Below, piece by piece: positions 57,346-64,000 of a stretch of DNA of 64,000 nt. The DNA comes from Bacteroidota bacterium. Lineage in GTDB: Bacteria > Bacteroidota > Bacteroidia > Bacteroidales > WCHB1-69. Both the position numbers and the translations under genes were made by a program. The stretch lies in contig JAGVVH010000009.1 in NCBI GenBank assembly GCA_019135895.1, positions 7,189 to 71,188 of the forward strand. The letters are read 5' to 3'. A model generated the notes under the pieces. That model worked only from the letters and a program-made list of their open reading frames with translations. It made no database searches and had not been told where the DNA came from. Position 1 is the first letter of the stretch; every line of letters starts with the position of its first letter.

Positions 57346-57850
57346 AGCAATCGTAAATATTATAAGATTTATCATTCTGATTGCTATGCAGGTTTTCATT
57401 TGCAACAACATTGACTTTTTTGGCTTTATCAATCCTTATATATACATACTTGCCTTACTTTTACTGCCGCTTGAAATACCCAAATCAGCGCAATATCTTA
57501 TTGCTTTTGCAACAGGTTTTATCATTGACATGTTTTCTCTTACTTTCGGGATGCATGCTTCGGCGTCACTTTTGGTTATGCTTGCCCGCCCATATATTGT
57601 AAATTTATTGAATGGAAGGCATACGACCGAAGGTATTGAAAAACCTATTCCAGGAGTTAAAGATTTCAACTGGCTTTTAGCTTACACCTTGATTTTAGTA
57701 TTTATTCATCATTTTACATTTACATTATTAGAAGTTTTTAACTTTCATGAATTTTTTAGAACGCTGGGAATCTCTCTTCTGAATGCAATATTTACGACTC
57801 TAATAATTTTATGCATTGAATATATTTTTATTCCGGTCAAAAAAAGGTAA
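57338..57850 (+). CDS. mreD: rod shape-determining protein MreD
   Basis: 170 aa with five hydrophobic helices. Its start overlaps mreC by 8 nt. Assigned mainly on position and topology. Confidence 0.6.
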   Translation: MNKAIVNIIRFIILIAMQVFICNNIDFFGFINPYIYILALLLLPLEIPKSAQYLIAFATGFIIDMFSLTFGMHASASLLVMLARPYIVNLLNGRHTTEGIEKPIPGVKDFNWLLAYTLILVFIHHFTFTLLEVFNFHEFFRTLGISLLNAIFTTLIILCIEYIFIPVKKR

Positions 57851-57871
57851 AAACAAAAAAACATAATAATT

Positions 57872-58648
57872 ATGAAATCAAAATTAGTAATTGGAAACTG
57901 GAAAATGAACAAATCTTTTGAGGAAGCTGAGGATCTTATCAGTGATATTCAGGATAAACTTGAATCTTGGTCATTGCAGACTGCCGTCGTAATTTGCCCT
58001 CCTTTTCCCTATTTAGAACTTGCCACTGACCACGCCGATGAGTCTGATTTTGAAGTAGGAGCTCAAAATTGCTCCGAATTTGAAAATGGAGCTTTTACAG
58101 GTGAAGTTTCTGCTTCAATGCTTGCCGAGTTGGATGTTAATTTTTGTATTGTGGGACATTCTGAAAGAAGAAAATATTTTCATGAATCAAATGACACTAT
58201 TGCAAAAAAAATTGACCAGCTAATGAAACAAAATCTGATACCTGTTTTTTGCTGTGGAGAATTGCTTGAAGAGAGAAAGAGTGGTAATCATTTAGAAATT
58301 GTTGAGAAACAAATTACTGAGTCATTATTTCATCTTTCTAAAGAACATTTCGAACAGGTGGTCATTGCTTATGAACCTGTATGGGCTATTGGGACAGGTG
58401 AAACTGCCACTCCTGAACAAGCTCAAGAAATGCACTATTTTATTCGCTCACTTATTGAGAAAAAATTTGGCACCGAAACCGCCTACAATTGCTACATTCT
58501 TTACGGAGGTAGTTGCAATGCAAAAAATGCCCTTGAACTGCTTTCCCAACCTGATGTTGATGGAGGACTTATTGGTGGCGCTTCTCTTAAATCAGACGAA
58601 TTTATCAGTATCATAGAAGCCGCTGAAACAGTTCTGAAAGAAGACTAA
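57872..58648 (+). CDS. tpiA: triose-phosphate isomerase
   Basis: GNWKMN, VGHSERR, AYEPVWAIGTG and GGASL motifs. Confidence 0.9.
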   Translation: MKSKLVIGNWKMNKSFEEAEDLISDIQDKLESWSLQTAVVICPPFPYLELATDHADESDFEVGAQNCSEFENGAFTGEVSASMLAELDVNFCIVGHSERRKYFHESNDTIAKKIDQLMKQNLIPVFCCGELLEERKSGNHLEIVEKQITESLFHLSKEHFEQVVIAYEPVWAIGTGETATPEQAQEMHYFIRSLIEKKFGTETAYNCYILYGGSCNAKNALELLSQPDVDGGLIGGASLKSDEFISIIEAAETVLKED

Positions 58649-58649
58649 C

Positions 58650-59291
58650 CTATTTTCTTCCAAAATCTGCAGGGATCTCTCCCCATAATTTGGTATTCCA
58701 TTTGATAATGGGATTTGAAAATGTATTGTTTAATAACCAAATCTCAGCCCTTCGCACCATTTCAAATACTTCAATATTTTTGTCCGTTGGCAAAATTATA
58801 GATTTTGTTTTTTTGTTTCTCACCCAGGCAATTGCTGTAATGCTGTCAGAATAAATGGGGAGCGTGCTATTTTGCTTTTTAAGTAAAGACAGACCATGAA
58901 CAATAGCCAAAAACTCTCCGATATTATTACTAGCACCTTCAAAAGGGCCCTGTCTGAAAATCAACATCTTTGAACCAGTGTGAACTCCCTGATACTCCAT
59001 AACTTTGGAAACGGAATTCCAGGCAGCATCAACTGATAGGCTATTCATTATGGGGCTTTCATCCTCACTGCTCAAAAATTTGAAAGAATTGAGTTTATTA
59101 TCTTTGGGATGTTCTTTATAATATTGTTTATAACCTATTTCAAAAGCGTGATCTGCTTCAGTTTTTGACTCAAAAGCCTTATATTTTGCATCCTGAAATT
59201 CAAAAATCTGTTTTTTACACGATTGCCAATCTTCAAATACACCGCAAATTCTTCCTTGCCATACAACATAGTATTTTTTCTTAGTCGCCAT
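58650..59291 (-). CDS. rnhA: ribonuclease HI with N-terminal RNA/DNA hybrid-binding domain
   Basis: The N-terminal stretch YYVVWQGR..GVF..W..C...(F)......YK.F resembles the eukaryotic-type HBD. The RNase H fold carries acidic residues in SVDAAW, GEFLAI and IYSDS. Confidence 0.75.
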   Translation of the reverse strand: MATKKKYYVVWQGRICGVFEDWQSCKKQIFEFQDAKYKAFESKTEADHAFEIGYKQYYKEHPKDNKLNSFKFLSSEDESPIMNSLSVDAAWNSVSKVMEYQGVHTGSKMLIFRQGPFEGASNNIGEFLAIVHGLSLLKKQNSTLPIYSDSITAIAWVRNKKTKSIILPTDKNIEVFEMVRRAEIWLLNNTFSNPIIKWNTKLWGEIPADFGRK

Positions 59292-59306
59292 ATTAGTTAA
59301 AAGTGT

Positions 59307-59314
59307 TATTTTTG
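59307..59314 (+). promoter_or_regulatory. -7 element for the GldH-like lipoprotein gene (divergent pair with the rnhA promoter)
   Basis: TATTTTTG, 47 nt upstream of the ATG at 59362. Confidence 0.45.
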
Positions 59315-59329
59315 CCGAATAATTTTTAG

Positions 59330-59337
59330 CAAAAATA
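59330..59337 (-). promoter_or_regulatory. -7 element for rnhA
   Basis: The plus strand reads CAAAAATA, which is TATTTTTG on the minus strand, 38 nt upstream of the start at 59291. Confidence 0.45.
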
Positions 59338-59361
59338 TAAATTTAAACAAATCAATGAACT

Positions 59362-59871
59362 ATGAAGAGGATTTTAAAAATTAATGTTATTAATTATCTT
59401 GTTATCTTGCTAATTTTCAGTTCTCTTTTTTTCGGCTGTTCTTTGGGGAATAAAGAAAAAGTAATTATGGAAAAAACGCTTACTTTTGAAAATAACAACT
59501 GGGATTTTCCTCATCAAACAGTAAATTTTATAGAAGAAATTCCTGAAACAAATGCTCCTTGCAAAATTGTTCTTGAATTAAACCATGATCTCAACATTGA
59601 ACCCACTACCCTACCAATCACGGTTACTATTACTTCACCTGATGGATCAGAAACATCAAGACGGGCTAGCTTTAACTTCTTGGAAAATGTTAATGATTCA
59701 ATTACTTCTTGCGTAGCTTTCAAGGAAAAATATTTTAATACTGAAGGAAGATACAAATTCGGCCTATACAGAAAATATTCTAAATATGATTTGTACGGCG
59801 TAAAATCTATTACTGTTAAAGTAATTAAGCAGCCAACTGATAAAGAAAAATCCAAACTAAATCAGAATTAA
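59362..59871 (+). CDS. small lipoprotein, possibly GldH-like
   Basis: 169 aa with a lipobox (FFGC). Size, the early Trp after the Cys, and a G.Y.F......-type C-terminal pattern are reminiscent of GldH. The similarity was judged from memory only. Confidence 0.4.
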   Translation: MKRILKINVINYLVILLIFSSLFFGCSLGNKEKVIMEKTLTFENNNWDFPHQTVNFIEEIPETNAPCKIVLELNHDLNIEPTTLPITVTITSPDGSETSRRASFNFLENVNDSITSCVAFKEKYFNTEGRYKFGLYRKYSKYDLYGVKSITVKVIKQPTDKEKSKLNQN

Positions 59872-59918
59872 AATTATTAATTTTTATACACAAATTAATT
59901 TACTATAAATTAATTTCA

Positions 59919-59926
59919 TATCTTTG
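59919..59926 (+). promoter_or_regulatory. -7 element for comM/yifB
   Basis: TATCTTTG, 23 nt upstream of the ATG at 59950. Confidence 0.55.
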
Positions 59927-59949
59927 CGGAACTAAAAAAACTCAAAGAT

Positions 59950-61494
59950 ATGCTCGTCAGAACTCAAAGCTGCGCATTAATGGGAGTTGCAGCTATTCCT
60001 ATTACCATTGAAGTAAGTATTGAATTCGGTATCAATTTCTTTTTGGTCGGACTCCCGGATAGCGCCATTAAAGAGAGTCAACAACGTATTGACTCTGCCC
60101 TGAAAAGTTGTGGTTACAAAATACCGGGAAAGAAAATAATAATCAACATGGCTCCTGCCGATATTAGAAAAGAAGGATCAGCTTTTGATCTGACATTAGC
60201 TATTGGCATTTTGATTGCTTCAGAGCAAATTAAGGGAGAAGATAATGTTGAAGAGTATTACATTATGGGGGAATTATCCTTAGATGGCTCATTGCAACCT
60301 GTTCGGGGAGCATTACCCGTGGCTATCGAAGCCCGCAAAAGAGGGAAAAAGGGAATAATCTTACCCATTCAAAATGCCAGAGAAGCAGCAATTGTCAGCG
60401 AAATTGACGTACTCGGAGTAGAAAATATCAGACAAGTTATTGACTTTTTTAACGAAGGAGTACCTATTGAAAAAGTACATATTAATACCCGTGAAGAGTT
60501 TCAAAAATCTCTTAATGAATATGAATACGATTTTTCTGAAGTTAAAGGACAGGAAAATATCAAACGGGCACTGGAGATTGCTGCAGGCGGGGGACACAAT
60601 GCTATTCTCATAGGTCCGCCCGGCTCAGGAAAGACCATGTTAGCCAAAAGACTCCCCTCTATATTGCCCCCACTGACACTTAATGAATCATTGGAGACCA
60701 CTAAGATACATTCTGTTGCCGGAAAAATGAGTAGATTTTCATCTTTAATTTCAGTCAGACCTTTCCGCGCACCTCACCACACAATAAGTGATGTAGCTCT
60801 CGTGGGTGGCGGAACTCAACCACAACCGGGAGAAATATCACTGGCCCACAATGGCGTGTTGTTTCTGGATGAACTTCCCGAATTTAAGAGAACAGTTCTT
60901 GAAGTGATGCGACAACCGCTTGAAGATCGCTTTGTAACAATTTCAAGATCAAAATACACAGTTGAATTCCCGGCCTCTTTTATGTTTGTGGCGGCAATGA
61001 ACCCATGTCCATGCGGAAACTACAATCATCCGGGAAAACCCTGCACTTGCGGTCAGGGTGAAGTTCAGCGCTATCTCAATAAGGTCTCCGGACCACTGAT
61101 GGACAGAATTGACATTCATGTGGAAGTTATTCCGGTTTCTCACGAAGAGCTAGCATCTACGAAGCCTGTTGAAAGAAGTGAAACTATCCGAAAAAGAGTC
61201 GTAGCAGCACGACTTATTCAAAGGGCAAGATTCAATATGTTTGAAAATATATTTTGCAATGCTCAAATGAGCAGCAAGATGGTGAGAGAATTCTGTGTGA
61301 TTTCTGAGGAAGGACAAGAGCGACTTAAACAAGCCATGGAGCGGCTGGGGCTGTCAGCCCGTGCCTATGACAGAATATTGAAAGTTGCCCGAACTATCGC
61401 CGACCTGGAAAGTTCAACAGAGATAGAAATTGATCATCTCTCCGAAGCCATCAACTTTCGAAGCCTTGACAGAGACAACTGGGGAAAAAAATAG
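59950..61494 (+). CDS. comM: YifB/ComM-family Mg-chelatase-like AAA+ ATPase
   Basis: 514 aa. N-terminal Lon-protease-like domain, Walker A GPPGSGKT, Walker [10 protein letters not shown], and C-terminal [16 protein letters not shown]. Confidence 0.85.
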   Translation: MLVRTQSCALMGVAAIPITIEVSIEFGINFFLVGLPDSAIKESQQRIDSALKSCGYKIPGKKIIINMAPADIRKEGSAFDLTLAIGILIASEQIKGEDNVEEYYIMGELSLDGSLQPVRGALPVAIEARKRGKKGIILPIQNAREAAIVSEIDVLGVENIRQVIDFFNEGVPIEKVHINTREEFQKSLNEYEYDFSEVKGQENIKRALEIAAGGGHNAILIGPPGSGKTMLAKRLPSILPPLTLNESLETTKIHSVAGKMSRFSSLISVRPFRAPHHTISDVALVGGGTQPQPGEISLAHNGVLFLDELPEFKRTVLEVMRQPLEDRFVTISRSKYTVEFPASFMFVAAMNPCPCGNYNHPGKPCTCGQGEVQRYLNKVSGPLMDRIDIHVEVIPVSHEELASTKPVERSETIRKRVVAARLIQRARFNMFENIFCNAQMSSKMVREFCVISEEGQERLKQAMERLGLSARAYDRILKVARTIADLESSTEIEIDHLSEAINFRSLDRDNWGKK

Positions 61495-61599
61495 CATCTC
61501 TCAATGCACAGTTGAATGGTTCAATACTAATAAATTTTTCGTAATGAAAATATATTAATACACTCACTAACAATTTGTTAAACTAAAATAATCAAACCT

Positions 61600-62082
61600 A
61601 TGCAACACACAACAATTAGACCAAACACTTACACTCAAATTTACATCCATGTAGTTTTCACAGTCCAAAACCGAGCATCTTTGATTTCTGATAAATGGCA
61701 GGAACGACTATATAGATATATTATTGAGATTATTAAAAATTATGGAGAAAAAGTTATCATAATCGGCGGAATGCCTGATCACATACATATCTTTTACAGT
61801 CTTGAGAACACAACTTGTTCGGTTGCAAACCTAATGAGGGCAGTAAAGGGCAAGTCGTCACATTGGATTAATGAAAACAAACTTGTCATCGGTCGCTTCG
61901 AATGGCAAACCGGTTATGGAGCATTCTCTTACAGCAAATCATCGATAGACAATGTCGTGAAATACATCCAAAACCAGAAGAAATATCATACAAATAAAAC
62001 CTTTATTGAAGAATACAAGGAACTGTTACAAAAATTCGGTATTAAATATGAAGAAAAGTATATCTTTCACGCAATTAAATAA
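61600..62082 (+). CDS. IS200/IS605-type Y1 (HUH) transposase-like protein, RAYT-like, solitary
   Basis: 160 aa. YIHVVFTV, the HUH motif in MPDHIHIF, and the Tyr-bearing helix VKYIQNQKKYH. No tnpB and no flanking terminal structures were recognised. Confidence 0.7.
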   Translation: MQHTTIRPNTYTQIYIHVVFTVQNRASLISDKWQERLYRYIIEIIKNYGEKVIIIGGMPDHIHIFYSLENTTCSVANLMRAVKGKSSHWINENKLVIGRFEWQTGYGAFSYSKSSIDNVVKYIQNQKKYHTNKTFIEEYKELLQKFGIKYEEKYIFHAIK

Positions 62083-62127
62083 TTGCGAAGTTCCTTAGGT
62101 ACAATTTTATTCTACCCAAACATAATA

Positions 62128-62154
62128 AGAATTATTATTTTCAATAATAATTCT
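62128..62154. terminator. AT-only perfect hairpin between the convergent RAYT-like and PAP2 genes (possible weak terminator)
   Basis: AGAATTATTATT (62128-62139), loop TTC, then AATAATAATTCT (62143-62154). The 12-bp stem is perfect but contains only two G:C pairs (G62129:C62153 and C62142... none other than the terminal AGA/TCT pairs), so it is almost entirely A:T. Confidence 0.3.
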
Positions 62155-62157
62155 ATG

Positions 62158-63132
62158 TTACGATTTATAAAGAGCCTTATTATCTAAGGAAAAAATATTC
62201 ATTTTTTTCCACATAAATTCGCTAAAAAGATAAATAGGATAAGCCGTAATAAATCCGAAAATCATATCAATAACATAATGAGCCTTAATATAAACAGTAG
62301 ATAAAGCCAGTAAAATTGAAAAGACGAACAAGATTCGGTAAAATGGACGACAATGTTTCCAGAGAAAAATCATATAAATGGTCATCACTCCAACATGAGA
62401 ACTGGGAAAAGCTCCTGTAGGTTTCTCACCGAGGAATTGTATCATAAGTAAAAATTTTCTCATAACTCCTTCGACAGGCAATACATTATGTTGACTGCAA
62501 ACAAAGAACTGAGGTCCTTCAGATGGGAGAAAAATAAAAAACAGATAGTATACAAAGAAAGAATTCAGGACAACAAAGGCAAAATTAAAAGCTTTCTCAG
62601 GCTCAGTAGAAAGATAATAGAGAATAATTGAAAATATGGCAATATAATATGACATATAGGAAAAATTCATTAATTCGTTAAACCATGGTTGAGGCATCCA
62701 TTCTGAAAAAAGTGTACTCGGCTGACACCCGAAAAGCCATTGATCGGCTGCTATCAACCAAGGGTCAATACAAGTCAGAAAGAGCTGATTATAATAATAA
62801 GTCTCAGAATACCAGTAAATTATCAAAACAAGAGGGACTATTTGTCGAAAATATTTCCAAAATAGTCCATTTGAAAATTTATCAAGCAAAATAGTAGCAA
62901 TCAAAACAATCATAACAGTAAGTCTTGCTAAAAGCAAGGATTCAGCTGATATATGCCTGACTGAGCTTTTAAAAATCAATATATAAATGCCCGTAAGGAT
63001 TATCCAGAGGATGGTGATTATTTCTATTGGATAAAGTTTCTTTAAAAAAGAGTTCATATCAATTTTATCAAAATTGCGGGCACAAAAATAAATAAAAGTA
63101 ATTGCAATAGATGAGAAAAAAAGCTGTATCAT
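62158..63132 (-). CDS. PAP2-superfamily membrane phosphatase/transferase-like protein
   Basis: 324 aa, multi-TM. PAP2-like motifs FPSSHVG and AHYVIDM lie near the C-terminus. Confidence 0.65.
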   Translation of the reverse strand: MIQLFFSSIAITFIYFCARNFDKIDMNSFLKKLYPIEIITILWIILTGIYILIFKSSVRHISAESLLLARLTVMIVLIATILLDKFSNGLFWKYFRQIVPLVLIIYWYSETYYYNQLFLTCIDPWLIAADQWLFGCQPSTLFSEWMPQPWFNELMNFSYMSYYIAIFSIILYYLSTEPEKAFNFAFVVLNSFFVYYLFFIFLPSEGPQFFVCSQHNVLPVEGVMRKFLLMIQFLGEKPTGAFPSSHVGVMTIYMIFLWKHCRPFYRILFVFSILLALSTVYIKAHYVIDMIFGFITAYPIYLFSEFMWKKMNIFSLDNKALYKS

Positions 63133-63314
63133 TTTTTTAAAATAATTCCTTTTTTTGATAGAAATAAATAAGAGATTATTTTGCCCTCACATAACTAAGC
63201 CGATAGCAAATATTAATTATTTCTTGATTAGCAAGGCTTTCTGAATATTAATCAATAAACTAATTATAAGAAAGTTATAGTCAACTACCTCTTGATTTCA
63301 CAAAGCAATTATAG

Positions 63315-63322
63315 TATATTTG
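63315..63322 (+). promoter_or_regulatory. -7 element for the edge-truncated lectin-like gene
   Basis: TATATTTG, 25 nt upstream of the ATG at 63348. This supports the off-track ORF being real. Confidence 0.5.
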
Positions 63323-63347
63323 GGACTAATATATAAATTATTGAATA

Positions 63348-64000
63348 ATGAAAACGACAACAATAACAATAATTTTATCAGTGATTATATTTTGTTCACT
63401 GAAAGCCCAAACAATTCTATATAGTGATAATTTCGACAGTTACACAGTCGGGGCACACTTAGCTCTGCAAAGCCATGCAGCTTGGACAACATGTAATCAC
63501 GCTGAGGGAGGCATAGAGGATCCTGTGATATCAGATGTGACTGCCAATTCTCTCCCATACTCTGTTTTCATTACCGGTGGAAACAATTTACTATACGAAT
63601 TTACGGAACAAACTTCCGGAGAATTTGAAATTGATTTTGATTACTATATTCCAATTTCTAGTAACGGTGACTACTTTGCTGTTCAACATTTTCTCACACC
63701 CGGAACTGAATATGCTTTTGAATGTTATTTCAGTAATGACAGTACCGGATATATTGTATTTGCAGGAAATGTGTATAATTTCACATACCCGATAAACGAA
63801 TGGTTTCATATCAAGACCGTGATAAATTTGGACCAAGATGTGGTTTCATTTTATGTAAATAATGTATTTATAAGTGCCTGGCCTTTCAGTTTCACCACCG
63901 CCGGAATTAACGGAACATGCAAGCTAGGTTCTGCTAATTTTCTTGCCACATCCCCAGTGGGTTCAGGAACATATTATTTAGATAATTTTGTTTTTACAGA
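63348..64000 (+). CDS. secreted protein with concanavalin-A-like lectin (LamG-like) N-terminal domain, 3'-truncated by the window edge
   Basis: Not in the ORF track because no stop codon is reached. The ATG at 63348 opens a frame that stays open to base 64000. It starts with signal peptide MKTTTITIILSVIIFCSLKAQ, then LYSDNFDSY...WFHIKTVINLD...YYLDNFVF, typical of LamG-like modules. Confidence 0.6.
   Translation, partial: MKTTTITIILSVIIFCSLKAQTILYSDNFDSYTVGAHLALQSHAAWTTCNHAEGGIEDPVISDVTANSLPYSVFITGGNNLLYEFTEQTSGEFEIDFDYYIPISSNGDYFAVQHFLTPGTEYAFECYFSNDSTGYIVFAGNVYNFTYPINEWFHIKTVINLDQDVVSFYVNNVFISAWPFSFTTAGINGTCKLGSANFLATSPVGSGTYYLDNFVFT

Noticed and set aside
59950-62154. comM plus the RAYT-like gene as a composite mobile element or competence island
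   Set aside because: I see no inverted or direct terminal repeats, integrase or cargo. ComM/YifB is a widespread housekeeping-type gene, and the adjacency is most simply coincidental.
63577-63836. Track ORFs 63577..63795 (+) and 63591..63836 (-)
   Set aside because: They sit inside the longer open frame that starts at 63348 and runs off the window. That frame has a signal peptide, a promoter motif and lectin-like sequence.

Overview
This is a low-GC (roughly one third GC by eye), densely packed chromosomal segment that I attribute to a member of the Bacteroidota. The reasons are several T9SS C-terminal sorting domains (type A and type B), an RprY-like response regulator, and the Bacteroidetes -7 promoter motif TAnnTTTG 15-50 nt upstream of many start codons.

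I support about 64 protein-coding genes on both strands. Two of them run off the window edges, and the right-edge one is missing from the supplied ORF track.

Most genes are housekeeping:
- Nucleotide metabolism and RNA modification: dut, pyrF-pyrK-pyrD, tadA, mnmE, tsaC-like, and several RNA methyltransferases.
- Central and cofactor metabolism: pfk, tpiA, rocD, nadB, coaD, dapA, and a PduO-type adenosyltransferase.
- Envelope and cell shape: kdsA, mtgA, mreCD, a flippase, a WbaP-like sugar transferase, and a PAP2 protein.
- Replication-related: parC, rnhA, and comM/yifB.

These are interspersed with secreted or lipoprotein genes of unknown function and T9SS cargo (an S8 protease, an M14 carboxypeptidase, an Asp-box propeller, and a CUB/PKD adhesin-like protein).

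By eye I found no rRNA, tRNA, CRISPR array, prophage, integrase or recognisable defence operon. I do not see a convincing multi-gene novel system.

The items most worth a second look are small-scale:
1. A phased, iteron-like AT-rich repeat array (43-bp unit, sites every 21-22 bp) in a tail-to-tail intergenic region at about 25.97-26.08 kb.
2. An isolated ~80-bp GC-rich island inside the 480-bp rocD upstream region at about 41.52-41.60 kb.
3. A secreted protein built from about six 17-aa repeats, each carrying a His-His pair, with the peptide conserved despite synonymous DNA drift.
4. An OadA/PycB-like carboxyltransferase whose C-terminal biotinyl domain lacks the AMKM biotinylation motif.
5. 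A cytoplasmic YD-repeat-like protein translationally coupled to a YraN nuclease.
6. A solitary RAYT/IS200-like Y1 transposase gene.

All calls come from reading the translations and the DNA by eye. No homology search, covariance-model search or folding calculation was run, and start codons are best guesses.
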